From Actinomycetota bacterium (GTDB lineage: Bacteria > Actinomycetota > UBA4738 > HRBIN12), in assembly GCA_035559315.1 (NCBI GenBank), contig DATMBJ010000099.1, positions 60 through 64,059 of the forward strand: a DNA stretch of 64,000 nt, in the 5' to 3' direction. This document shows positions 18,479-26,898 of this stretch, in pieces (within the stretch, counting starts at the first letter, position 1; each line of letters opens with the position of its first letter). The translations under genes were made by a program, and so were the position numbers. Under the pieces are notes generated by a model that ran no database searches, was not told the DNA's origin, and saw nothing but the letters and a program-made list of their open reading frames with translations.

Positions 18479-19921
18479 ATGCCGGCCGGCCCCTACGACG
18501 TAGCGGTGATCGGGGCCGGGGTGGTGGGCGCGGCCGTGGCCCGCGAGCTCTGCCGCTACGAGTTGCGCATCGCGATCCTCGAGGGCGCCGACGATGTCGG
18601 CACCGGAACCAGCAAGGCGAACACCGCGATCTGGCACACCGGGTTCGACGCTCAACCCGGGAGCCTGGAGGCCGCGCTCCTTCGCCGGTCCCACCCCCTC
18701 CTCGAGCGCTACGCCGCCGAGGCCGGCGTCCCCTTCGAGAAGACCGGTGCCCTCCTCGTGGCCTGGAACGAGGACGAGCTCGCCCTCCTCCCCGAGGTGG
18801 AGACCCGGGCCCGGGCCAATGGGTACCTCCGGACCCGTCGCCTGAGCGCGCAGGAGCTCGCCCGCCGGGAGCCTCACCTCGGCCCCGGGGCCCGCGGGGC
18901 CATCGAGGTCCCGGACGAGGGCATCCTGTGCCCGTTCACGACCCCCCTCGCCCTCGCCTCCGAGGCAGTTTTGAACGGGGCATCGCTGTTCCTCCGGGCG
19001 CCCGTGCAGGCCGCCCGCCGGGAGGGGGCTCTCCACGTGCTGACGACCCCGCGCGGCGACCTCGCGGCCGCCTGGGTCGTGAACGCCGCCGGGCTCCACG
19101 CGGACGAGGTCGACCGACTGTTCGGGCACGAGACCTTCACCATCGTCCCGCGTCGGGGCGAGCTGATCGTGTTCGACAAGCTCGCGCGCCGCCTGCTGTC
19201 CCACGTCATCCTCCCGGTCCCGACCCAGCGCACGAAAGGCGTCCTGGTCGCCCCGACGGTCTTCGGCAACGTCCTCCTCGGCCCGACCGCGGAGGACGTG
19301 GACGACAAGACGGCCACCGCCACAACCGCGGCCGGGATCGCCCGGCTGCTGGAGGCGGGGAGGCGGATCCTGCCCCCGCTCCTCGATGAGGAGGTCACCG
19401 CCACCTACGCCGGGCTCCGGGCCGCCACCGAGATCCGCGACTACCGGATCGAGGTCTACCCGGGAGAACGGTACGCGTGCGTCGGTGGCATCCGTTCCAC
19501 CGGCCTCTCGGCCTGCCTCGGCATCGCCGAGCACGTCCGCGAGCGCCTCGAGGATGCGGGTCTCGCCCTGCGGCTCAAGCGCTCCTTCCGACCCGTGCGC
19601 ATGCCCCCGGTCGGCGAGTCGGCACGCCGACCCCACGAGGACGACGCCGCGATCGCCGCCGACCCCGACCACGGGCGTATCGTCTGTCACTGCGAGCGAG
19701 TGTCCCGTGCTGAGATCCTGGCCGCGTGCCGGGCGCCGATCCCGGCCCGCTCCCTCGACGGCCTCCGCCGCAGGACCCGGGCGCTGTTCGGGCGGTGCCA
19801 GGGGTTCTTCTGCGCGGAAGAGGTCACGCGCCTGCTCGTGGAAGCGAGCGGCACGGCCCCGGCCACGCTCCTGGGCCTGGCCGACCCGCCAGCCCCGGGT
19901 CCCCTGGAGGACAACAGGTGA
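18479..19921 (+). CDS. FAD-dependent oxidoreductase, glycerol-3-phosphate dehydrogenase-like, with a BFD-like [2Fe-2S] domain
   Basis: It starts with YDVAVIGAGVVGAAVAREL. The C-terminus carries the Cys cluster CHCERVS...GRCQGFFC. Confidence 0.8.
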   Translation: MPAGPYDVAVIGAGVVGAAVARELCRYELRIAILEGADDVGTGTSKANTAIWHTGFDAQPGSLEAALLRRSHPLLERYAAEAGVPFEKTGALLVAWNEDELALLPEVETRARANGYLRTRRLSAQELARREPHLGPGARGAIEVPDEGILCPFTTPLALASEAVLNGASLFLRAPVQAARREGALHVLTTPRGDLAAAWVVNAAGLHADEVDRLFGHETFTIVPRRGELIVFDKLARRLLSHVILPVPTQRTKGVLVAPTVFGNVLLGPTAEDVDDKTATATTAAGIARLLEAGRRILPPLLDEEVTATYAGLRAATEIRDYRIEVYPGERYACVGGIRSTGLSACLGIAEHVRERLEDAGLALRLKRSFRPVRMPPVGESARRPHEDDAAIAADPDHGRIVCHCERVSRAEILAACRAPIPARSLDGLRRRTRALFGRCQGFFCAEEVTRLLVEASGTAPATLLGLADPPAPGPLEDNR

Positions 19922-21162
19922 GGCGGCGGTCGGTGGACGTGCTCGTGGTCGGAGCCGGGCCGTCGGGCCTTGCCGCGGCGGCCGCCGTTCGCCGCCTCGG
20001 GCTCGGCGAGGTCCTCGTGGTGGACCGCGACCGCGAGCCGGGGGGGATCCCCCGCCACACCCACCACACCGGGTTCGGCCTGCGGGACCTCCGTCGCGTC
20101 CTGTCGGGGCCGCGGTACGCGCGCGCGTGGCTCGCCGCCGCCGAGCGAGCCGGGGCCGAGGTGCTGGCGGAGACGAGCGTCACGGACTGGTGCGGCCCCA
20201 CCACCCTGCGGGCGATCAGGCCCGACGGCCTGTGGGAGTTCGAGGCGGGCGCCGTGATCCTCGCCCAGGGATGCCGCGAGCGGCCTCGATCCGCCAGGCT
20301 CGTGCCGGGCGACCGACCCCTCGGCGTGTTCACCACGGGTTCCCTCCAGCGCGCGGTCTTCCTCGGAGGACTCCCCGTGGGGCAGCGAGCGGTGGTCGTG
20401 GGCGCCGAACATGTGAGCTTCTCCGCGCTCCTCACGCTCCGACGTGCGGGAGCACGGGCCGTCGCGATGGTGACCGAGCACGAGCGCGATCAGACGTCCC
20501 TGCCACTCCGCCTGGCGACCGCGGTACGGATGGGAGTGCCGATCCTCACGGGGGCCAGGGTCACCCGGATCGTCGGTTCCCGCCGCGTCGAGGCCGTGGA
20601 GGTGACGGACCTGGACCGCGGGAACCTCACACGGATCCCCTGCGACGCGGTCGTCTTCACCGGGGACTGGATCCCCGAGTACGAGCTCGTCCGCCTCGGC
20701 GGGCTCGCCCTCGACCCCGGGACGCGGGGGCCGAGGATCGACGACACAGGCCGGACGTCGCGCCCGGGGGTCTTCGCGGTCGGGAACCTCGTTCACGCGG
20801 CGGAGCCCGCCGACGTCGCCTCGAGGTGCGGGTGGGACGTCGCCGCGGCGGTTCGCAGATACCTGGAGGGGGGCGGATCGCCCTTCACTCCCATCCCGAT
20901 CGAGGTGGAACCTCCCCTCACCTGGGTCTCGCCCAACGCGGTCTGCCCTGGGGCCTCGGGGGTCCCCCACGGCGCCTTCCTCCTCCGGGCCGATCGGTTC
21001 GCGGGCCCCGGAGCGATCGACGTGTGCCAGGGCGAGCGGAGGCTCCTTTCCGTACGCGTCCGCCGTCTCGTCCCGAACCGCTCCATCCGCGTGAAGGCCG
21101 ACCCGCTCCCCTCGGTGGATCCCGCCGCGGGCCCCGTGCGGGTTCGGTTCCTGGAGGGTTGA
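19918..21162 (+). CDS. NAD(P)/FAD-dependent (pyridine nucleotide-disulfide type) oxidoreductase
   Basis: VDVLVVGAGPSGLAAA and a second fold VVVGAEHVSFSA are present, plus GVFAVGNLVHAAE. The GTG start overlaps the upstream stop (GTGA). Confidence 0.75.
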   Translation: MRRRSVDVLVVGAGPSGLAAAAAVRRLGLGEVLVVDRDREPGGIPRHTHHTGFGLRDLRRVLSGPRYARAWLAAAERAGAEVLAETSVTDWCGPTTLRAIRPDGLWEFEAGAVILAQGCRERPRSARLVPGDRPLGVFTTGSLQRAVFLGGLPVGQRAVVVGAEHVSFSALLTLRRAGARAVAMVTEHERDQTSLPLRLATAVRMGVPILTGARVTRIVGSRRVEAVEVTDLDRGNLTRIPCDAVVFTGDWIPEYELVRLGGLALDPGTRGPRIDDTGRTSRPGVFAVGNLVHAAEPADVASRCGWDVAAAVRRYLEGGGSPFTPIPIEVEPPLTWVSPNAVCPGASGVPHGAFLLRADRFAGPGAIDVCQGERRLLSVRVRRLVPNRSIRVKADPLPSVDPAAGPVRVRFLEG

Positions 21163-21201
21163 CCTGACCCCTACGTCACCTCCTCCGGGGCCGAGGAGGA
21201 G

Positions 21202-21226
21202 CCCTCGACGGAACGATTCGAGGTTT
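21202..21226 (+). terminator. weak hairpin plus T-tract after the flavoprotein gene
   Basis: CCTCGA-cggaacgat-TCGAGG is followed by TTTT, one of the few T-runs in the window. Confidence 0.3.
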
Positions 21227-21267
21227 TCCTAGCGCTCGACCGGCAGGAACCTGTACCATCCGGCGGG

Positions 21268-21660
21268 ATGGAGGAGGCGTACCGGATCGGGGAGGCGGCG
21301 GCCCTGCTCGGCGTGAGGGTCGAGACGCTCCGTCGGTGGGAGCGGGACGGCAAGCTCGCGGTCACCCGCACGCCCGGTGGCCAGCGCCTCGTTCCTGCCG
21401 CGGAGGTGGCCCGGATCCTCGCCGAGCGACGCGGGGAGCCCGAGCCGGCGGCCCTCTCCACCCGGAACCGGTTCCCGGGCGTCGTGACCCGGGTCGAGCG
21501 GGACCGGGTGATGGCCGCCGTGGAGATCCTCGCCGGGCCGCACCGGATCCTCGCGCTCATCACGCGGGAGGCGGCGGACGAGATGAAGCTCCGGCCCGGG
21601 ATGCGGGCGGTGGCGATGGTGAAGGCCACCTCGGTGATGGTCGAGGTGCCCGAGGGGTGA
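21268..21660 (+). CDS. MerR/excisionase-type HTH plus TOBE (Mop) domain regulator, molybdate-responsive type
   Basis: The N-terminus has YRIGEAAALLGVRVETLRRWERDGKL. The C-terminus has NRFPGVVTRVERDRVMAAVEI...AVAMVKATSVMV, which is TOBE-like. Confidence 0.8.
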   Translation: MEEAYRIGEAAALLGVRVETLRRWERDGKLAVTRTPGGQRLVPAAEVARILAERRGEPEPAALSTRNRFPGVVTRVERDRVMAAVEILAGPHRILALITREAADEMKLRPGMRAVAMVKATSVMVEVPEG

Positions 21661-22856
21661 GTGCGCGACCCGAGGGGCCGGGGCCCGCCGCGGCGGGTGG
21701 AGGGGGCGCCTTGAGGGTCGGGCTGGGCGAGGCGGCCGGGGCCGTCGCGGACCTCGGCGTCCTCGTGCCGCTCGCCGCCGCCCTGATCCTCGTGAACGGC
21801 CTCGACCCGGGCGCCGTGTTCGTCTGCGCGGGGCTCACGGTCCTCGGCTCCGGCCTGTTCTTCCGGGTCCCGTTCCCGGTCCAGCCGCTCAAGGCGCTGA
21901 CCGCGGTCGCGGTGGCGAGCCTCGCGTCCCCCGAGGTGATCCACGCCGCCGGCATCGAGCTCGGGCTCCTCCTCCTCCTGCTCTCCCTCCGCCACGTCGC
22001 CGACGCCGTCGCCCGGCTCTTCACGAAGCCCGTGGTGCGCGCGCTCCAGCTCGGGGTCGGCGTCCTCCTCGTCCTGGCCGCGGCCCGGCTCGCCCTCCGT
22101 CCCCCCGAGGTCTTCCGCGGGGTCCCGCCCTCGCCGTGGCCGTTCGCGCTGATGCTCGCGACCGGCGCGGGCGTGGCGCTCGCCGCGCACCGCCGGCGCT
22201 ACGGCGGCGCCCTCGCCCTCCTCGGCGCGGGGCTGCTCACCACGCTCCTCGCGGCGCGGCCGGACCTCGGGGGTCCGGCGCCGGCCCTCCCCTCGCCGTC
22301 GCTCCCGGACGCCGGGGCCTTCGCCCGCGCCTTCCTGTTCCTCGTGGTCCCCCAGCTGCCCCTCACCTTCGGGAACGCCGTGGTGGCGGTCTCGGACCTC
22401 GCCCGGGAGGAGTTCGGCCCGCGGGCCCGGCGGGTCACGCCGTCCAACGTCTGTCGCTCGGCGGGGGTCGCGAACGTCCTCTCGGGCATCCTCGGCGGGA
22501 TGCCGATGTGCCACGGCGCGGGCGGCCTCACCGCGCACGTCCGCCTGGGGGCCCGCACGGCCGGGATGAACGTCCTCCTGGGCGCGGCGCTCCTCGCCCT
22601 GGGAGCGCTCTTCCCGCGCCACGTGCTCGCGCTCCTCGGCTTGCTCCCGGTCTGGGGCCTGGCGGGCTTCCTGGCCTACGCGGGGATCCGCCACGCGCTC
22701 CTCGTCCGGGACCTCCGGGGCTCGGCCCTCGCGGTCGCGGTGGTCGCCGGCGCGCTCGGGGCCTGGCTCGGCAACCTCGCGGTGACCGCCGGCCTCGCGC
22801 TCCTGGCGGTGCACGGAGCCGGGCTCCGCCGCCTGGCGGCGCCCCGCAGCCGGTAG
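21657..22856 (+). CDS. putative molybdate/sulfate transporter (MOT1-type)
   Basis: Polytopic protein carrying GILGGMPMCHGAGGLTAH, as I recall for the MOT1 family. The GTG at 21657 overlaps the regulator stop (GTGA). A TTG at 21711 is an alternative start. Confidence 0.7.
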   Translation: MSARPEGPGPAAAGGGGALRVGLGEAAGAVADLGVLVPLAAALILVNGLDPGAVFVCAGLTVLGSGLFFRVPFPVQPLKALTAVAVASLASPEVIHAAGIELGLLLLLLSLRHVADAVARLFTKPVVRALQLGVGVLLVLAAARLALRPPEVFRGVPPSPWPFALMLATGAGVALAAHRRRYGGALALLGAGLLTTLLAARPDLGGPAPALPSPSLPDAGAFARAFLFLVVPQLPLTFGNAVVAVSDLAREEFGPRARRVTPSNVCRSAGVANVLSGILGGMPMCHGAGGLTAHVRLGARTAGMNVLLGAALLALGALFPRHVLALLGLLPVWGLAGFLAYAGIRHALLVRDLRGSALAVAVVAGALGAWLGNLAVTAGLALLAVHGAGLRRLAAPRSR

Positions 22857-22865
22857 CATCGGCCC

Positions 22866-23486
22866 GTGGCCGAGTCCGCGCCCGCCCGCCCCGCCGAGCG
22901 CCCCGGGCCGCTCGCGTTCCTCCGCGAGCTGCCGGGCCTGGTCCTGCTCGCGCTCCTCCTCGCCTTCGTCGTCAAGGCCCTGTTCGTGCAGGCCTTCTAC
23001 ATCCCCTCGGGCTCGATGGAGCCGACCCTCCTCCCCGGCGACCGGGTCCTCGTCAACAAGATCCCCTACTACCTCCACGACCCCGCGCGCGGCGACGTCG
23101 TGGTGTTCGAGGATCCCAACGCACGCCCCACGACCGAGGGATGGCTCGCCCGCGCGCTCCACTGGTTCACCGACGGCCTGGGGTTCACCCGCCCCTCCCA
23201 GGAGGACTTCGTGAAGCGCGTGATCGGGCTCCCCGGCGACGTCGTGGAGGGGAAGCGGGGGAAGGTCTTCGTGAACGGCGAGCCCCTGCGCGAACCCTAC
23301 CTCGCCGGGCGCACCCGCCCGTTCGCACCGGTCGAGGTGCCCGCGGGGCAGCTCTTCGTGCTCGGCGACAACCGAGGGGCGTCCAACGACTCCCGGTTCG
23401 GCCTGGGGTTCGTCCCGATCGAGAACGTGATCGGCAAGGCGTTCGTCGTGATCTGGCCGCCGTCCCGGGCCGGCCTGATCCGCTGA
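22866..23486 (+). CDS. lepB: signal peptidase I
   Basis: A TM anchor is followed by IPSGSMEPTLLPGDRVLVNK, FVKRVIGLPGD and GDNRGASNDSR. Confidence 0.88.
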   Translation: MAESAPARPAERPGPLAFLRELPGLVLLALLLAFVVKALFVQAFYIPSGSMEPTLLPGDRVLVNKIPYYLHDPARGDVVVFEDPNARPTTEGWLARALHWFTDGLGFTRPSQEDFVKRVIGLPGDVVEGKRGKVFVNGEPLREPYLAGRTRPFAPVEVPAGQLFVLGDNRGASNDSRFGLGFVPIENVIGKAFVVIWPPSRAGLIR

Positions 23487-23496
23487 GGCGGCCCGC

Positions 23497-23883
23497 GTGC
23501 GCGGCGCGCTCATCGGGGTCGGCGTCGCCCTCGTGGCCTGGGCCGCGCTCGTGGCCGGCCTGGCCCTCGCCGGGCGGCGGAGCGCGGCCCGCGAGCTCGC
23601 CGCGTTCCTCCCGAACCTGCTCCTGCTGTTCCGTGGCCTCCTGCGCGACCCCCGCGTGTCGCTCGGGGCCAAGGCCCTCCTGGTCCTCGCCGTGGCCTGG
23701 GTGGCGTCGCCGATCGACCTCGTGCCGGAGTTCGTCCCCCTGGCCGGCCCCCTCGACGACGCGATCGTGGCCGCCCTCGTGCTCCGGGCCGTGCTCCGCC
23801 GGACCGACCGCGCCGTCCTCCTCGAGCACTGGCGCGGGGATCCCGCCACCCTCGACCGGCTCGTGGGGCGGGTCCGCCCCTAG
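23497..23883 (+). CDS. DUF1232 (YkvA-like) membrane protein
   Basis: The motif SPIDLVPEFVPLAGPLDDAIV is present. The 3' end overlaps the convergent cca gene by 4 nt. Confidence 0.7.
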   Translation: MRGALIGVGVALVAWAALVAGLALAGRRSAARELAAFLPNLLLLFRGLLRDPRVSLGAKALLVLAVAWVASPIDLVPEFVPLAGPLDDAIVAALVLRAVLRRTDRAVLLEHWRGDPATLDRLVGRVRP

Positions 23884-25277
23884 CGGAGCCCCTTCTCCCT
23901 GGCCCAGGCGTCGAGGGCGGCGCGGGCCTCCTCCTCGCTCATCGGTCCCCGCTCGAGGCGCAGCTCCATCAGGTGGTCGAGGGCCTCCCCGACCAGCGGG
24001 CCCGGGGGGATCCCCAGGTGCTCCATCACCTGGTGCCCGTCGAGCGGGGGCCGCAGCGCCTGGAGGTTCTCCTGCTCCGCGAGGCGCGCGATCCGCTCCT
24101 CGAGCTCGTCCTGGGCCGCCGCGAGCTGCCGGGCCTTGAACGGGTTGCGGGTCGTGCAGTCCGCCCGGGTGAGCTGGTTCAGCCGGTCGAGGAGGGGGCC
24201 CGCGTCCCGCACGTACCGGCGGACGGCGCTGTCGCTCCAGCCCGCGCGGTACGTGTGGAACCGCAGGTGCATCTCGACCAGCTTGGCCACGTCCTCGACC
24301 ACGTCGTTCGGGTAGCGGAGCGCCCGGAGCCGTTCCCGCGCCATGCGGGCCCCGACCACGTCGTGGTGGAGGAACTGGACCCCCTCGGGCGTGATCTGGC
24401 GGGTCCTCGGCTTCCCGATGTCGTGCAGGAGCGCCGCCAGGCGCAGCACGAGGTCCGGCTCGCACCGCTCGACCACCGCGTAGGTGTGGCGCAGCACGTC
24501 CTTGTGCTTGTGCACCGGGTCCTGCTCGAGCTTGAGGGCCGGGAGCTCCGGCAGGAACTCCTCCGCGAGGCCCGTCTCGACGATCAGCTCGAGCCCGCGC
24601 GACGGCTTGGCCCCGAGCAGGAGCTTGTTGAGCTCCTCCTGGATCCTCTCCGCGGAGACGATCCGGATCCGGTCCTTCATGCGCCGCATCGCCTCCACCA
24701 CGCGCGGGACCGGCACGACCTCGAGCTGCGAGGCGAACCGGGCCGCGCGGAGCATCCGCAGCGGATCGTCGGCGAAGGACACCTCGGGCTCGAGGGGGGT
24801 ATCGAGGCGCTTGGCCGCGAGGTCCCGGAGGCCCCCGAAGGGGTCGAGGAAGGTCCCCTCCGGCAGGCGAACGGCCATCGCGTTGATCGTGAAGTCGCGC
24901 CGGGAGAGGTCGGTCCGGATATCGCGGGCGAACGTGACCGCGGGCTTCCGCTGGTCCTCGGGGTAGACCTCCTCCCGGAACGTGGTGATCTCGAGCCGCC
25001 GCCCGTCCTTGCGGGCGCCCACCGTCCCGAACCGCACCCCGACCATGTACAGGGCGTCCGCCCACCCCCGCAGGACGCGGATCGTCTCGTGCGGCGTCGC
25101 GTCGGTGGCGAAGTCCAGCTCCTGGTCCTCCCGGGCCCGGCCGAGGAACAGGTCGCGGACCGCGCCGCCCACGAGGTACAGCTCGTGGCCGGCGGCGTGG
25201 AAGCGCTCGCCGAGCTCCCGGGCAAGGGGGTCGACCTCGACCGCCGCGCCCACCTCGGGCTCCGTCCGTCGGGGCAT
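23880..25277 (-). CDS. cca: CCA tRNA nucleotidyltransferase / poly(A) polymerase family with HD domain
   Basis: LYLVGGAVRDLFLGR...DLDFATDA, RRDFTINAMA, DPLRMLRAARF and HDIGKP are all present. The ATG at 25277 lies within the longer ORF 23880..25661. Confidence 0.88.
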   Translation of the reverse strand: MPRRTEPEVGAAVEVDPLARELGERFHAAGHELYLVGGAVRDLFLGRAREDQELDFATDATPHETIRVLRGWADALYMVGVRFGTVGARKDGRRLEITTFREEVYPEDQRKPAVTFARDIRTDLSRRDFTINAMAVRLPEGTFLDPFGGLRDLAAKRLDTPLEPEVSFADDPLRMLRAARFASQLEVVPVPRVVEAMRRMKDRIRIVSAERIQEELNKLLLGAKPSRGLELIVETGLAEEFLPELPALKLEQDPVHKHKDVLRHTYAVVERCEPDLVLRLAALLHDIGKPRTRQITPEGVQFLHHDVVGARMARERLRALRYPNDVVEDVAKLVEMHLRFHTYRAGWSDSAVRRYVRDAGPLLDRLNQLTRADCTTRNPFKARQLAAAQDELEERIARLAEQENLQALRPPLDGHQVMEHLGIPPGPLVGEALDHLMELRLERGPMSEEEARAALDAWAREKGLR

Positions 25278-25328
25278 GACCCCCGAAGGATACCCTCGGC
25301 CCTCGGGCCGCCCCGGCCGAGGGGTCCG

Positions 25329-25796
25329 GTGTACCGTGCGGCCGTGGCGCGGGCGCTCGGGTTCCTCTGGACGCTCCCGAACACGGTCCTCGGCCTCGTG
25401 TTGGGCCTGCTCACGTTCCAGCGCCCCCGCCTCGTGCGAGGGGTGGTGGCCTTCGACCGGGCCGAGCGGGGGCTCACGTGGGTCCTCCGCCGGCTCGACC
25501 GGACCGCGATGACCGTCGGCCACGTGGTGGTCTCCGCCCGGCCGCTCGAGGGTGCCCTGCTCGAGCACGAGCTCCACCACGTCCGCCAGTACCGGGCGTG
25601 GGGGCCGCTGTTCATCCCCGCCTACCTGCTGCTGGCGGCGGTGTTCGGCTACCGGCGCCACCCCTTCGAGCGGGCCGCGATGCGGGCCGCGGGCGAGGTC
25701 GGGGGCCCCGCGGCGGGCGGCGAGCTCGGGGGCCCTGGGGCGGGCGGCGAGCTCGGCGGACGGGGCCCGAGCCCTCCCGGGAGCGGACCGGCCTGA
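25329..25796 (+). CDS. hypothetical small membrane protein with an HExxH motif
   Basis: Tail of ORF 23973..25796. It has a TM-like stretch LGFLWTLPNTVLGLVLGLL, the motif EHELHHVRQY, and a Gly-rich tandem 9-aa tail. The start is the GTG at 25329 or 25344. Confidence 0.5.
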   Translation: MYRAAVARALGFLWTLPNTVLGLVLGLLTFQRPRLVRGVVAFDRAERGLTWVLRRLDRTAMTVGHVVVSARPLEGALLEHELHHVRQYRAWGPLFIPAYLLLAAVFGYRRHPFERAAMRAAGEVGGPAAGGELGGPGAGGELGGRGPSPPGSGPA

Positions 25797-25802
25797 TCCG
25801 GA

Positions 25803-26891
25803 TCAGGTGAGCTGGGGCGTCCCCCGGGCGAGCACGCCGCGGAGGGCCAGGTTGAAGTCGTGGGGGTTGGTCGCCGCCTGCCGGGCGTCCTCCTCCGTCA
25901 CCATCCCCTCCCGGACCAGCTCGACGAGGGCCTGGTCGAACGTCTGCATGCCGTAGAAGCCGCCCTCGGCGATCACGTCGGAGATCTCGATGGTCGACTC
26001 GGGATCCACGATCCGCTCGTAGACCCGGCCGGTGTTCACGAGGACCTCGACCGCCGGGACCCGGCCCTTCCCGTCGGCCCTGGGGACGAGCCGCTGGGAC
26101 ACGATCCCCCGGAGGGCTCCGGCGAAGGAGAACCTGACCTCCCGCTGCTGCTGGGGCGGGAACAGGTCCAGGATCCGGTTGATGGTCTCGGTGGCGTCGA
26201 TCGTGTGGAGCGTGGAGATCACCAGGTGCCCGGTCTCCGCGGCCTGGATCGCGGCCAGCGCCGACTCCGGGTCCCGGATCTCGCCGATGAAGATCACGTC
26301 GGGGTCCTGGCGGATCACGTGCTTCAGCGCCGCCGCGTAGGACTCGGTGTCGAGCCCGACCTCCCGCTGCTCGACGATCGAGAGCTCGTCGTCGTGCACC
26401 ACCTCGATCGGGTCCTCGATCGTGATGATGTGGGCGCGCCGGGTCCGGTTGATGTGGCCGATCATCGCGGCGATCGTCGTGGTCTTGCCCGTCCCGGTGG
26501 GCCCGGTGATCAGGACCAGCCCCCGCCGGGAGTCGGCGAGCTGCCGGAGCACGGGCGGGAGCCGGAGCTCCTCGAAGGTCGGGATCTCGGCCCGGACCCG
26601 CCGGATCGCGAGCCCCACGTGGCCGCGCTGGCGGTAGACGTTCACCCGGAACCGCCCCACCCCGGGGAGCGTGTAGCCGAGGTCGGCCTCGGAGTGGCGC
26701 GCGAACTCCTGGACCTTGTGATCGGGCATCAGGGCCGCGGCGAAGGCCTGGGTGTCGGCCGAGGTGAGCTCGGGGAAGGAGGTGGGGACCAGCTCGCCGT
26801 CGATCCGGACGAACGGGACGTTCCCCACCTTCAGGTGGAGGTCGCTCGCCCCCTTCTCGACCGCGTACCGCAGGAGCTCCGCGATGTCCAT
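25803..26891 (-). CDS. pilT: type IV pilus twitching-motility ATPase PilT
   Basis: GASDLHLKVG, Walker A GPTGTGKTTT, IITIEDPIE, IFIGEIRD and GHLVISTLHT are present. Size is 362 aa. Confidence 0.9.
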   Translation of the reverse strand: MDIAELLRYAVEKGASDLHLKVGNVPFVRIDGELVPTSFPELTSADTQAFAAALMPDHKVQEFARHSEADLGYTLPGVGRFRVNVYRQRGHVGLAIRRVRAEIPTFEELRLPPVLRQLADSRRGLVLITGPTGTGKTTTIAAMIGHINRTRRAHIITIEDPIEVVHDDELSIVEQREVGLDTESYAAALKHVIRQDPDVIFIGEIRDPESALAAIQAAETGHLVISTLHTIDATETINRILDLFPPQQQREVRFSFAGALRGIVSQRLVPRADGKGRVPAVEVLVNTGRVYERIVDPESTIEISDVIAEGGFYGMQTFDQALVELVREGMVTEEDARQAATNPHDFNLALRGVLARGTPQLT

Positions 26892-26898
26892 GGACCGT

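Noticed and set aside
21171-23849. 892-aa reverse-strand ORF spanning the Mop regulator, transporter, lepB and DUF1232 genes
   Set aside because: It is extremely Arg/Pro/Gly/Ala-rich and of low complexity, with no recognisable motif. It lies antisense to four forward genes with clear family signatures, which is a typical high-GC antisense artefact.
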